Source: Andalucia godoyi And28 (lineage: Eukaryota > Protista > Jakobida). From it: a DNA stretch of 64,000 nt. A model generated the notes under the pieces. The model did not search any database. It saw nothing but the letters and a program-made list of their open reading frames with translations, and was not told where the DNA came from. The stretch covers positions 76,892 through 140,891 of the forward strand of contig VRVR01000037.1 in NCBI GenBank assembly GCA_009859145.1. The letters run 5' to 3'. The position numbers were made by a program, and so were the translations under genes. This document shows, one piece after another, positions 12,501 through 22,462 of the stretch; positions within the stretch are counted from its first letter, which is position 1; every line of letters starts with the position of its first letter.

Positions 12501-15500
12501 CGTTTAGAAATGTCGGGACATTTCAAACCAACGGGCCAGAAGGTATGAATGCGTGCGATGAATCGCCAATGCGCAATCTGAACTTCCCGGGAGGATCCTG
12601 CTGGAGGACCCGACGTTAGCACGGTCAGCAATATGTCGTATATCTCCGGTTTCAACGACTCCTTGTTAATCGAAGAAGACGCCTCCAGCACACACAGCTC
12701 CTTGATCAACGAAACACGATCCTCTTCGGGGCACAACTTGTCTCCATCGAAACTGGTCACGAGTTCTCGAACGAACGGAAGAAGAATGTGAAGCAGCGAC
12801 GTTTCATAGTGATGGGCATGCAGCAAGTCCCGAATGAATTTGCGAATCTCATGTCCAAACCAAAGTCCGTACTTTCCAAGCAACGTCAGCAATGTTTTCA
12901 TAGCTTCCAACATTGGCATGAACGGGAATGACTGGGCTGAGGAGTACGCAGAAGCATCAACAGCAGGTCTCCGTCCAGAATTCGCAGTTGATCCCTGCTC
13001 CGACGACTGCGAATGAGTCGATACGTTCAATGCAGCCTGGTAGGCAGCCAGGGGTATTGCAGAGTTCTTTTCTTGACCTTGTTGCACTGCAGCAAGGAGA
13101 GGTGCTGCAGCTTCCGTGGCCGACATGAGTTGGCGCTCGAATTTGAAAATGATCTTGATGATGTGGGGTACCAAAAATTTGTGAACAAACCCCACGCATT
13201 TCTCCGAAAGCAATATAATCAATTGCGCAGAGCCTTCCAAAGGAAGGAAGGAGCACTGCGACGGAATTGATTCGGACATTACAAACTCGTACATCGACCG
13301 AATCATATTTGGGAATCGTCGCAGGAAACTTAAAATTCCTGTTTCCGCAATTTGGATCTCCTCCCAAGAGGCAGTGGTACACATTGGAAACTTTTCGATC
13401 AGGGTGCGAATGAACCGCAAAATAGATTCCGTGGCAGCTGGATGAGGAAATACAAAGAGCAGTGCAGAACAACACGAAGACAACTCTTGCAGCGAGCTAT
13501 TCTCAAATATCTGTGGCTGTTTTTGAACAAGACAATGGAGCAAATCAAAAGCCGAACGAATGTACCAAGGATCTGGAACAAGAGAAAACGGTGAGGCATT
13601 GGACGGCTGAGCTTGCGTGGCAGATGACGACGTGGTTGCGGCAGTGGGTCCATCTGCGGCATTTTTCGGGACAAGTTGCAAAAATGAAAGCAGCGGCCCC
13701 ATAGTTCCGCTGGTATGGAGGAGGGAAGTTGTCGAATGCAAAGCAGAACTGGCAACACGAACCGCAAATTCAAACTTCACATTAACGACTTCAGCCCACA
13801 AGTCAAGCGCAACCGAGAACAGGTCCACAGATTTTCGTGCAACTTGACCAATATGGTCTGCACGGCGATGATCCATTTGCGAAGGGGGAACAGACAACCG
13901 CACAAGCAAATGCACCAACATTTCTGCATGACCTTGAGAAAGGCAGAATTCAATATCATCCGATAACGCACCGGGCTGCTCTTTAGTAGCACTCTCGCCT
14001 TCATCAACGTCCATAGGTGTTGCTCCTTGACTTTCGGACTGCTGCCGCGGAGACCCCGATGTTGGAGGAGACAGCAACTCCAATCCTTGAGGTTCGGCTC
14101 TCACGGCAGTGCCTGCTCGTGCAGACTTGATATGAACACGACGTCGTTCCCAATTAACAAGCAACTCCGTCAGCTCGAATAACAATCTCCTGTTGTCTGT
14201 TTGTTGACTCTGCTGCGCATTCAACTTCGAGATGCTCTTCATAATTTGGACAACGAAATGGCGTCTGTACGGGAAGAACAAGTCGGGATGTCGAACCATG
14301 AGCTGCAACACGTGCATCAGCGACGGAAATACATGCCCCTCGTCGTTCATTACACGCTTCGTGAGACGCACCCAGGAAGGCAGACTCTCTGAGTTCGGCT
14401 GGATAGTCACTTGAATTGGCTGCTTCAGACGCAGGGGAAGCGCGTCCGCAAGAACATCCAGCGCCAGCTTAACCATCGGCCTGCCATCAGAATGGTGTGA
14501 CTTGAGGAGATTCGCGTAGACAGTCAAGACAAACTTCTCCGGAGCATCAAATCGACTCAAGAAATAACTGCACAACAAGTACGCTAAGTGCTTCGTAGAC
14601 GAATCAACACAGCGCAGACAATGCCAAGCGAACTTTGCAAATGCAGATCTCCTGTCCAAAATGTCCTTTGAAAAGTGTCGAACAAACAGAATTGCAAGAT
14701 GCAACACTTCAGATAGGTCGTGCTCATTGAACCTGCTCAGCGGCTCGGCTCCCTCTTGATCAATCAGTAATTCCACAAACCGGTGGATGACCTCGGAAGA
14801 GACGGCTCCGCTTTTGGAGCGCACAACAGAAGTCGCCATGAGAGGATACAGCAGATTCTTCATCGCCAACGCCTTCCAGGAATGAGAATAGTTTCCGCGC
14901 AGGACTCTATCAATAACATCGCACGCGTACGAAGTCACTTCGACAGGCGATAACGTCGATGGCAGCCAATCCCAAAAGAAATAGTGACATTCTGTCAGAT
15001 CAATGACACCAGTCTTTTCTGAAAACGCATCCAACAGTAGGAAGACAATATCACGGTCTCGTGAGATTTTGAAGAGGTGAAGCAGACAAACAGCAAGTCG
15101 ACCCTTCAAGTCTCCAACATCCAAACCTGGAGGCACAGAAGATAAAGAAAACACTTCCTGCCAAAGGCGAAACAGCATTTCACGGATGGACAGAACGTCT
15201 TCGGAAGATGCATGCGATAGGTGCTTGAGGAACTTCGACACCACAAACACGGCACGCCATCGCACTTCAGCAGCCGCGGTGGCATCAGGACTCAGACCTT
15301 CAAAACTGAGTAGTCGCTGCACTATCTTGGCTGGCGTGAGATTAAACAGCGCAAACAAAGAGTCGCCATTGGGAGGTTCTAACATATACAAGAACAGTCT
15401 GAAATACTGAGGATTTGACAGGTGCGCGGAGAAAATATCAAGGGTCTGGGCAGGATACTTTCGCAAGAACTTCACCAACGGAGGCCGGAATGCACTGTAG

Positions 15501-18500
15501 CTTGGTCCGGCTTTATCAAACCACGCCCTTTCCAGGTCGAACACGACCTTTATCAAACTGTCAGTCAACTTTGCAGCTTCATGTGGAAGAAGTGAGAAGA
15601 GTAGGATGATTTTGGAGATGGCGGTGATTGCGATGTCGGACGTTGGCCAAGACGCACGATTTTCCAGGATTTCTCTTGTGTCCTGGAACTTCTTCAGGTT
15701 CTCCAGCATCTGTTCCCCTAATTTGACATTAAAAAATGTAGTACACAACTCAAAAAGGTGATACAGCATGTCAAGCACTGAGAGAGAGAGAGATCGATAA
15801 TCAGACATGGGTTTCAGCATCGGTCTAAGACACGTTTGCAACAAATCTTTCGGTAATCGCCCTTGTCGCAACAAAGTATTCAATCCGGATTTCACAACAT
15901 TGACGATTTCCGTGTTCGGAGACTTCAGATACTTGAAAAACAAATCAATAATCTTCGTTCTCAACTCTCCATACGAATCTTTTCGGAATTCGACTGCCGC
16001 TAGAAATTCGCGGAGAAGTTTCAGTCCTGCAATGCGATATGCCAGAACCACGCGAGTGTCCGCTTCTCGAATGTAGGACGATGACTCTTCTTTTCCAGAA
16101 CAAAGGGACAATGCAGATTGAATGATGTTCACAATCTCGGCATTGGCAGGAAGTATCGGTGGCGACAGAGACAAGAAGAATGCAAGAGCATCCAAAAATC
16201 CTGTCTGGACCACCACACTCATCTGCCGGAATCGCTTATACGAAAGAAATCTGCCCAAGATTTCTCGGAACCCTTCCAGAAGTTGGGAAATATGCTTTCC
16301 AGTAACAGATACAATAAGATTCAAGGCATCCTGGCAAGCATTTCGGACAGGCGACCAGTGACCACTCAAATCATAATAGAGAATGAGAAGAATGAACTGC
16401 AAAGGACAAGGACGCTCGATCATACTCATGTCCTTGTCAGCCTGGAGCGAAATACGGATAGTTCGAAACAGCAGACGTCGTGCATCCTGAAGAATCAACA
16501 ATGCGTTCTGGCTGGCGGAAACCTTGACAATGAAAATGCAGCACTTCATAACATCAAGTACGTGCTGGCGGATCCAAAACCGCGAACACTCTGCCAAACA
16601 AAAATCAATGGCGTGCAACAAGCCAGGACGCTGCCACAAGCCTCCAAAGACGTGGTGGGACGAACGCGAAAACACATGAGTCCAAAATAGACTCGTGATC
16701 AGCTTCGATTTCCCGTCGTGCAGACAAAATTCGGACAGTTTCTTGACAAACATCTGCAATACTAACGAGCTGACTTTGGACAGGTTCACACTCTCGACTA
16801 CGTAAGCATCGACAACCGCGTCCAAGAACAAATCAGCAATAAGTCCGTGGGATTTGATTCTCATTTGCTGCTCCACAAAAAGCATCGCCATGAAGGAGGT
16901 AAGCTGCTCCATTAAGGCTTTTGCACGTGAAACGATCTCATCACGCTGGAAATCGCACATGCAGGCAAGCAAGGAATGGACACAGTTCTTGAACGCTTGC
17001 TGATACGTTTCGAGTTCGTCTGCTTGGATGCGGAATCCGCTGCCTTTGTATGGATTGAAATCCTCTGGAATAGACTTGCTACGGGACTCGACACTTCGTC
17101 TCACGTGAACAAAGCCACCGAGACTGAAGGACGAGGAAGATGGGATGCGATCTTGCGGGTCAAAAAACGACATCAGGACTGAAGAAACGAAATCAAACAG
17201 AAGGCATTTGCTAGCAAACTTGTCGTCATTCGCACGGTCATTCAAATCAACCAACAACCGAAACGACGCAAGAAGAAACTGATCAAGGCCGATATCGACG
17301 TCACATTCATCCGAGTCTTTCTTTTGTTTCTTGGAAAGGGGTGGACCAAGCGCCGAGTCACGACCATTTAGTCTGAATTGAGCAATTATGCTGGAGATGT
17401 GTTTTGAGGACAGCTCGGCAGGAGGGGGCAGTTTCAAAAACCGTCGATTTCGAGCACCCAGCTTTCCTAGAATACGAAGCACAACTGCTCCGAAGCCACC
17501 AGAAACGGGGCGGAGATGTCGAGAGAGCGCCGTAAAAAGATCGTCGTAGACCGGTATAATGATTGGCTCAATGCCATCCGGTTTCAATCCGTCGACCCAC
17601 ATGTCGAGAGCACGCAAGCCGAGATTGCACAGCAGTTCGGAATTGGATCGCAATGCAATAATGACAGGTTTCATCAGCAGAGAAAGGTACGGCAGCAAGG
17701 ACTGCAACTTCGCGGGAATTGTGAGACAAACCTCAACAATCAGCTCCGCATTGGAAGGATGATGATGATTATTCAGCATGGACGTCAGCGTCCTCAAAAT
17801 CTCCGGGATGAGATTAAGAAACAGCGGGTACAAATTTTCCACCTTGCCAACCACCACAAAACGAAACAGACCGCGAAGTATGTACAAGAATACGTCCGAC
17901 GATGGTTTTTCCTGAGCATGAAGAAGACAGGAATTGACAATCTGCTTGATGTAAGGCTCGACAATCTGCTCAATTCCCGGAACGTGCGAGATGGTTGAAA
18001 ACACGAGCTTGAAAAGGCGTACTATCAAGGCAGTTTCGTCTCCTCCAGAACTCAGTTTCGGAAGTCGTTCCACAAGAAAGCTGAGGAAAACATCGCAAGC
18101 AGCTTTTCCAACCGAAGGATTGGGCAACAGAAATGCAGGACACAAAAGAAAGAGTCCTGGACTGGACAGAAGCATGTTGTACAAAACCGAAATTTCCGCA
18201 CGGAAAATCTCCTTGAATCCATTTTGGTCCATGGAAGCAAATAACGCGCAGAAGTTCTCCATGATCTCGCGATCCTCCGTGGAAGGTTGATCGTTGCCGC
18301 TTGCGGTGGAAACATACGCCAACACTTCTAAACCCCTACGCAGCAACTGGCGCAGCAGTCGAATCTCATCCGGCGAAAATGCTCCTGACGAAGGAGGCCC
18401 CGATCGTCCTTGAGGAGCTTTGGCCATTGAAGAAATTCCACTCAGGACATTCTTCAGGCCCAAAATGAGGGTTTTGACGAGTGTACGAATGTCCTTTTGC

Positions 18501-20170
18501 AGATCGAGAAAGTCCACGCCAGAACGACAACCAAGAGCATTGAGCGGATGGACGGACAATACGGAACACTCGCCACTTTGCGGAACTTCCGCTTCCGCCG
18601 GATTCGATTTTGAACTCGCTCCGGTGGACGTGGACGTGGATGACGCCGCGGAAGACGAGGGCCCCTCCACGTTTGTTGAGGATGACAGTGTTGGCAACGA
18701 ACCAGACATTCCAGCAGACGACAATGCCGCTGATGAAGAAACGGAACCTCCCCCAGGGGATGCAAGAGAAGACGCAGCGCTTTTTCGCAGCATGAATAAC
18801 AGCGACCGAAACTTGTTGACAAACGCAGTGCAGATTTTGTTCATGATCGTTTGGCCGTATGCACGCTTCTCAGGTGAACACTTGTCATCGGCGGAGACGT
18901 GTTTGAAAACGATCTCAAAGAGATGCACCAGTAACTTGATGGACATGCCTTGCATCGACACACCGAGCTGAAGGTCAAACAAGTTTCGAATGAAGAAGTC
19001 TGTCGTTTTTTGGATCTGCGAAAAGGTCATATGATGACGAACATTGTGGATAAACTCGGCAAGGGTTGAGTAGGCCAACGGTCGAAGAGTTTCGAGACCT
19101 GCTCGTGAATTTCCAAGTAACGCCCTGTCGTTCAGCAGCACGTCGAGATGCTGCACGAACTGATCTCGCATGTCTGTCTCGAGAATATGACGCAAGATGA
19201 CTATTAGCTCCCTACGGATCGACACTGCATCATCCGGACACCGGACGAACAAATCTGTAACAACCGTTCCGATTACTTCACGGATATGAGACAGCTTGTC
19301 TGGCTTGACTCTCAAGAAATAGGTCAGAAACGATGCGGTCTTGATCTGCGCTGCCATGTAATCGGAATATGGTTCTCGCGAGGAGAGGTCCGCTGTATTT
19401 GGCACGCGTCTTTCCAGCAACATTTCTCGCATGAGCGACAGCAATTCATTGTAGAACTCCGGGTCGAAGGAATTTGGATAGGACTGCAGACAAATCACAA
19501 TCACCAGAGGACACTCAATCATGATTTTGAAGGATTTTGATGCGGGCGCAACGACTTTCCCGCAGGCTGTCGGCGCAATTGTCGAATTCAGATTGCTTTC
19601 CACTTGCTCACTCTTGACAAGCACGACTCTGTGATGCGATGCTTCTGATGCATGTTGCTGGACATACTGTGCGATAACGCTTGGATCCGGCGCAGGCCCG
19701 AGAGCAGTAGAGATCATTTCCTTGAACGAGCTGTACAGGCCTTTCACAAACGCGACGAACGGTCGCACAAATTCTGGTAAATCAGGGCGAAATACCTTGT
19801 GGAAATCCATAATGATCTTGAGGGCCATTGCCGCCACATCTTCATTGTCCCTCTCCAACACATCAATGGACATTTGCATGATTCGCTTTGAATATGGTCG
19901 CAGCGCATCCACAGGAGGAAACTTGAGCAGAATGTCAAGTACCATCCAGCGCACTCTGTGCCATTCGTTTGCAGTGAACTGTGGCGGGACCGTTCGAAGC
20001 ACATTTTCAAACGAGGGAACCACAACTTCAAGAAATGGAGTGTATTCTGCAGAATGCACGATCGACTCTACATTGTTTCGAATGCGAAACAAGTGCTGAA
20101 ATGAAATCTCGGCATTTTCCAGCGTTGCAAGCTGCATCAAATGTTGTGCATGCAGCTTTATCTCTTCCAT
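6542..20170 (-). CDS. TRRAP: TRRAP/Tra1 PIKK-family pseudokinase (SAGA/NuA4 scaffold), ~4542 aa, apparently intronless
   Basis: Likely start ATG at 20170 (MEEIKLHAQHL); the ORF-track extension to 20416 translates poly-T/A sequence. Tra1 HEAT N-terminus (EENxxxxLKII equivalent DNEDVAAMALKIIMDFHK, RPLAYSTLAEFIHNVR, LRILGKLGARNRRFL), FAT region, kinase-like domain without catalytic residues (ILGIERRTPDKI, VPFRLTP), FATC end LANMNPTYQAWF. Confidence 0.96.
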   Translation of the reverse strand: MEEIKLHAQHLMQLATLENAEISFQHLFRIRNNVESIVHSAEYTPFLEVVVPSFENVLRTVPPQFTANEWHRVRWMVLDILLKFPPVDALRPYSKRIMQMSIDVLERDNEDVAAMALKIIMDFHKVFRPDLPEFVRPFVAFVKGLYSSFKEMISTALGPAPDPSVIAQYVQQHASEASHHRVVLVKSEQVESNLNSTIAPTACGKVVAPASKSFKIMIECPLVIVICLQSYPNSFDPEFYNELLSLMREMLLERRVPNTADLSSREPYSDYMAAQIKTASFLTYFLRVKPDKLSHIREVIGTVVTDLFVRCPDDAVSIRRELIVILRHILETDMRDQFVQHLDVLLNDRALLGNSRAGLETLRPLAYSTLAEFIHNVRHHMTFSQIQKTTDFFIRNLFDLQLGVSMQGMSIKLLVHLFEIVFKHVSADDKCSPEKRAYGQTIMNKICTAFVNKFRSLLFMLRKSAASSLASPGGGSVSSSAALSSAGMSGSLPTLSSSTNVEGPSSSAASSTSTSTGASSKSNPAEAEVPQSGECSVLSVHPLNALGCRSGVDFLDLQKDIRTLVKTLILGLKNVLSGISSMAKAPQGRSGPPSSGAFSPDEIRLLRQLLRRGLEVLAYVSTASGNDQPSTEDREIMENFCALFASMDQNGFKEIFRAEISVLYNMLLSSPGLFLLCPAFLLPNPSVGKAACDVFLSFLVERLPKLSSGGDETALIVRLFKLVFSTISHVPGIEQIVEPYIKQIVNSCLLHAQEKPSSDVFLYILRGLFRFVVVGKVENLYPLFLNLIPEILRTLTSMLNNHHHPSNAELIVEVCLTIPAKLQSLLPYLSLLMKPVIIALRSNSELLCNLGLRALDMWVDGLKPDGIEPIIIPVYDDLFTALSRHLRPVSGGFGAVVLRILGKLGARNRRFLKLPPPAELSSKHISSIIAQFRLNGRDSALGPPLSKKQKKDSDECDVDIGLDQFLLASFRLLVDLNDRANDDKFASKCLLFDFVSSVLMSFFDPQDRIPSSSSFSLGGFVHVRRSVESRSKSIPEDFNPYKGSGFRIQADELETYQQAFKNCVHSLLACMCDFQRDEIVSRAKALMEQLTSFMAMLFVEQQMRIKSHGLIADLFLDAVVDAYVVESVNLSKVSSLVLQMFVKKLSEFCLHDGKSKLITSLFWTHVFSRSSHHVFGGLWQRPGLLHAIDFCLAECSRFWIRQHVLDVMKCCIFIVKVSASQNALLILQDARRLLFRTIRISLQADKDMSMIERPCPLQFILLILYYDLSGHWSPVRNACQDALNLIVSVTGKHISQLLEGFREILGRFLSYKRFRQMSVVVQTGFLDALAFFLSLSPPILPANAEIVNIIQSALSLCSGKEESSSYIREADTRVVLAYRIAGLKLLREFLAAVEFRKDSYGELRTKIIDLFFKYLKSPNTEIVNVVKSGLNTLLRQGRLPKDLLQTCLRPMLKPMSDYRSLSLSVLDMLYHLFELCTTFFNVKLGEQMLENLKKFQDTREILENRASWPTSDIAITAISKIILLFSLLPHEAAKLTDSLIKVVFDLERAWFDKAGPSYSAFRPPLVKFLRKYPAQTLDIFSAHLSNPQYFRLFLYMLEPPNGDSLFALFNLTPAKIVQRLLSFEGLSPDATAAAEVRWRAVFVVSKFLKHLSHASSEDVLSIREMLFRLWQEVFSLSSVPPGLDVGDLKGRLAVCLLHLFKISRDRDIVFLLLDAFSEKTGVIDLTECHYFFWDWLPSTLSPVEVTSYACDVIDRVLRGNYSHSWKALAMKNLLYPLMATSVVRSKSGAVSSEVIHRFVELLIDQEGAEPLSRFNEHDLSEVLHLAILFVRHFSKDILDRRSAFAKFAWHCLRCVDSSTKHLAYLLCSYFLSRFDAPEKFVLTVYANLLKSHHSDGRPMVKLALDVLADALPLRLKQPIQVTIQPNSESLPSWVRLTKRVMNDEGHVFPSLMHVLQLMVRHPDLFFPYRRHFVVQIMKSISKLNAQQSQQTDNRRLLFELTELLVNWERRRVHIKSARAGTAVRAEPQGLELLSPPTSGSPRQQSESQGATPMDVDEGESATKEQPGALSDDIEFCLSQGHAEMLVHLLVRLSVPPSQMDHRRADHIGQVARKSVDLFSVALDLWAEVVNVKFEFAVRVASSALHSTTSLLHTSGTMGPLLSFLQLVPKNAADGPTAATTSSSATQAQPSNASPFSLVPDPWYIRSAFDLLHCLVQKQPQIFENSSLQELSSCCSALLFVFPHPAATESILRFIRTLIEKFPMCTTASWEEIQIAETGILSFLRRFPNMIRSMYEFVMSESIPSQCSFLPLEGSAQLIILLSEKCVGFVHKFLVPHIIKIIFKFERQLMSATEAAAPLLAAVQQGQEKNSAIPLAAYQAALNVSTHSQSSEQGSTANSGRRPAVDASAYSSAQSFPFMPMLEAMKTLLTLLGKYGLWFGHEIRKFIRDLLHAHHYETSLLHILLPFVRELVTSFDGDKLCPEEDRVSLIKELCVLEASSSINKESLKPEIYDILLTVLTSGPPAGSSREVQIAHWRFIARIHTFWPVGLKCPDISKRRQFASWIVSMVFGPPASSVDERKVRESFSRDIYSWLLYVTQSDNWEAVSDVFWIQFALAFFLMIGIEAPMSADSCLQTAHDRLLPKFCLSSVAAPESTNETVSSMDIETSDDLHISAEMRSSISSFLHRATTSRCSAGTTLEAVRLCIDAVPSLAQDLWVHLFPRIWSTLLPEERAAMTRPLLLLLTRDYQKRQYLKPYNVVRCLLEGTLACSPPVAVSPDVMKFIGKTFNAWHLAIPGLERLLSHYLYVRANNLAIAAAGASSMMAASTSTAPTASQVSHSSAAAAAAAAAAAAAAASSQISGPSSASLLHIARSSIPTVHAHVAELSYEALAELYKLLGEEDVLSGLHRAVPFSDALKLIVSLEQHGEWPLAQALLRDSMALMIDTPITEEFQAAERSVHEDKFLAIARKLQQWEDLKRFAEESGFAALRLECLWMRGQWKQVKGCLDEKPSIHDVHLLKMFQITSSLIENRLREAELHAQQAVTLAVQRWAALPEFRTPSHFLMLHNFQQLQEMMESTRMLTDLDKLRAASFAAGQGAPPAAQVIQPRDISTLLQLWRDRLPGEWEDLSLWNDISTWRRHFLQHILSLYGNPPSATSGPEAAQQPSPALLAQSEISWTVFKFAHIARKQRCSDLCLASLKEMRNRDTYRDEHFVYVYESAKCAFQHEAQWPGALEVLKQEVLERLVNQQRADILRLRAQLYQRLQQNDTAYAEFAAACSAFPLAPRTWLAWGKFCDSMLTRSEKDTFWAEFAVQSYMQAIRYSASGSMHPPPIGTAVPNPSVSANGQAGTTAPSGAPGQTAASAGPGQPAAPVSSQQASSAVATTYLAPHYYHISPASLTASEPVARLYLARVLCLLQTEDRSGNIAKAFEACITGMPTWLWLPLMQNLIAGLARPEATLVKPIVLLLTRAYPQAIYYELRSFYYLVKQRVGGSVVPPGAPPGASQSGPPSTAGGPAATAATSQVSSVRAATPPPQSQQPPTSIPPSPRSGPVNVPGQVSADPLRRPGSGQSVSAPAIPQNVGSVSAVVPTSATMSASTTGLSGSGAPLLLQGSVPNVGTTAPPPSTPSVTAAVSNVGTPNAPAAQSTANSGPPPGPIPSLSSPPASTTRFDPLPLQSIRKYSDEVMQQLLASATPFLHEIETILKEVGSRLKPETEEELARALGYVARWCAGAHPSQPVPPSIKNEMLGILTLYFPLEGEVIRSSSFFRENSQRFRKEFFNEIAVPGHVTSVQLGASPTPPSSNGGPNFMYVLKQLTVGELRSELKNWLVMLGSRIAPLTDVQPLDTLSRYLAEHVASETEIPGQYLSTSISEPLREPSVDKHDRLDGFLSEARSVQRAGVRCRRIVARAQSGRLYPFVVVSCMSSETLVTMRSHDRIVHVLAQINRILERSRDVRRRGAGLHLQVSVPLSQRIRFVSEPEGLDGAFHREQKPFSMYDAFFPSQQQLQQLQSQSSQPSQSSGSNSQNAQQTQTAPSIASVFFSSTSSHAGAVSGLSYSSTAVARQSAGAALQNAMQPHTALRLPPPIAFQSSLSQHATSSSWVSFEQIQHSHAMKAAVPIDWHYDAFWRAYESCRHDPVAAFATLLDRQASLTQLSVKSSSSSLDGPFFLKNALLQRFESFSSFYAFRRQLTTQLAVYSLLEYILGIERRTPDKISVSLATGQLGQWMYHPQFHADTCAIDPYERVPFRLTPEIENLLSIFGIEGLYLGCMSAAAASLNKNRSLLENVIRLYVRDEVTHWMFLRHSSQPLPAGYVQSVFSPSVSSSPSCGPLASPGGALLPSQVPPMPMPSASASVNANLGSMPQASAGTPSAASADVKPTFGNLPQAPGSTPTAGGIPQSGSLTPSNASQHSQSGPPPGPTTTGTPGPALPSASSGPVLSSVLTLEQTYDYVLAFANPVGPSNGAFFGGKHLPANETEFRERANKNVNVIMNRCAEVAPLTALEAVESAKIVNDRVYRLIQAARNVSNLANMNPTYQAWF

Positions 20171-20767
20171 TCTCGTCCAGTCTGTATCGATCCTCAAACT
20201 AGACTCTTTCTCTCCTCTCACGACAAGAAGAAAATCAAAAATGGTGATTGTTTTTTGTTTTTGTTTTTTGTTTTTTTTCTCTTTGAATAAACAAGCAAGG
20301 CTTCTTTTGCAAGTGGAATGTTCGAAAGTTAAGGATGAAGAACAAGAAAAAGACGCGCCTTCGCAAAGCACGCCTGGCGCTCCCTGCTGCATGGCGAAAA
20401 ATACGCACACCCACAAGCAGGAAATTGCTGCCTCCTGGCTCTGCTACAGCCAGTACTTTTCCCCTACTGAGAATTTCCGGATTAGTCAATCCTCAATTGT
20501 GCGAACAAACGCGCGCGGCAGGCAAGGGAGACGGAGAGATTTTATGAGCAATTGAAAAGATCAACAGAAAGAGTTTTCATTCTTCTCGCAAGCGGCACAC
20601 ACAGACACACACAACGTACACAAGCACAAACACAAACACATACACATATTCAGTAAACAAGGGAAAGGCAAACGAGAACACGAAAGAAGAGACTGAAAGG
20701 GGATTTCCTTTCTTCCAGACATTCCTTCATTCATTCATTTAATTCTCGGTTGCGTCTGTGTTTTCTC

Positions 20768-21569
20768 TTAGCAGCAGCCCTTCTTCTTTGGTTTTTGTTG
20801 TGGATTCTGGATGGAGATAATTCCAGTTTGCGATGGACCTTTTCCTGGGCCACCTTCCTTGGGCAGCTTGTTTGCGATTGCAATGAAGAGTTCAGACACA
20901 TTCAGTGCGGTCTTTGCAGACGTTTCCAAAAACAAGATCCCGTTCGACTCTGCATACCCCTGTGCTTCCTTCGTGTCGACTCTTCTCTTATCATCCATGT
21001 CTGCCTTGTTTCCAGCCAATGCAATCACAATATTCGGGTTACCCTGTCTCTGGAGTTCCTTGACCCACGACCGCGCCCGCACAAACGACTCTGCATTCGT
21101 AATATCATACACAACAATCGCCGCAGAGGCCCCGCGATAGTACATGGGAGCCAGCGAATGGTATCGTTCTTGTCCCGCTATTCCATACCAACGAAAAACA
21201 CCCAGACGTCAATGATGTCGCCGACGACGATGACGATGATGATGATGATGATGAGTACATATGCTCGGAGGATCATTATAAAAACTAAAAACCAAAACTA
21301 ACCTATCGAAAAAAGAACTAGAAAAAAGAACACACGCGGGCCCATAAAGATCAGGCTAAAAGTGACATACCAGTATCCCAAATTTCAAACTTGACGGTAA
21401 ACTCGGGAAGAGGAACAGTCTGCGTAAGGAACGCCGCACCGATTGTGGACTCTTGATACTCAAAGAACTGGCCTCTGACAAACCGCAGCACAAGCGACGA
21501 CTTTCCAACTGCAGACTCCCCAAGCAGCACAAGCTTGTATGTGTACGTTTTCGCCGAAGAATTATGCAT
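20768..21569 (-). CDS. RAB5: Rab5 small GTPase, 2 exons (21569-21371, 21177-20768), 202 aa
   Basis: [40 protein letters not shown] in exon 1. Splicing GTATGT...TAG (intron 21370-21178, 193 nt) restores [24 protein letters not shown] and ETSAK motifs; C-terminal GCC prenylation site. Confidence 0.97.
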
Positions 21570-22462
21570 ATTCTATTCTCTCGCTGTCTTTCTCACTCTC
21601 ACTCTCTCACTCTCTCGTTTTCTCTGTGATATGATAAATGGATGGTTTGACTGATGGACTGAAAGAATGAATGAGTGTGAGAATGGATGAATGACTATTT
21701 TCTTGTTTGTTTTCCTTTTCCTTTTTTTCTTTGTTTTCCGTTCTTATCCAAAATAAAATTCACGCAATCTCTTTTCGTTATTTGGGGTGATTTGTACAGG
21801 AAAAAGAGATTCAAGAAAGAAAAAGGAAAATATACAACACGGAAATAGTTCGAGAAGGGAAGAAGAAGAACAAGAAGAACAAGAAGAAAGAAGAAAGAAG
21901 AGAGATGCCGACGAAGACGAAGGTGGACAAGGTGCCGTATTTGCGAGAGAAGGAGGGGGACGGAGGAAAATGGCAAACACAAAAGAAAAGTTTCTTACGG
22001 GGAGAGGGAAAAGGGACAGAATACAAAATGCCACACTGACTCTCTTTCTTTGTTTTGTTTTCTGTTTCTGACTGGGTTCAAGTGATGCTAGCAGGGGAGC
22101 AGTTCGAGTGTCAGCAAACGTTCTCGAGATGTGTCAGAGTCTAACCACCAACTTGTCAGAGAATGCGTTTGAAGTTTGAATTGCAGTTTCTCTCAGTTGG
22201 CAGTTTTTCCGTTTCCTTTGGAACGCCTCTCTCACTCTCTCTGTCTTCTTCTTTTGTCTCTCTTCTCTCTTTTTATTTTTCCCTTCCTCTTTCATCCTTC
22301 TGTCCTTTTCTTCTTTCTTCTTTCTTTTTCCTTTCCTTTTTCTTTTTCCCTTTTCTTCTCTCTTGTCTTGCTTTCCTTTTTCCTCGCTGAGCGCCTCTTT
22401 CTTCTTCCCTCTCCCTTTCTCTGTTTTCTCTCTTTCTCTCTCTGTTCTGAAACACAGAAGTC

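Noticed and set aside
20171-20416. ORF-track N-terminal extension of TRRAP
   Set aside because: It translates poly-T/A intergenic sequence; family similarity starts at the ATG at 20170.
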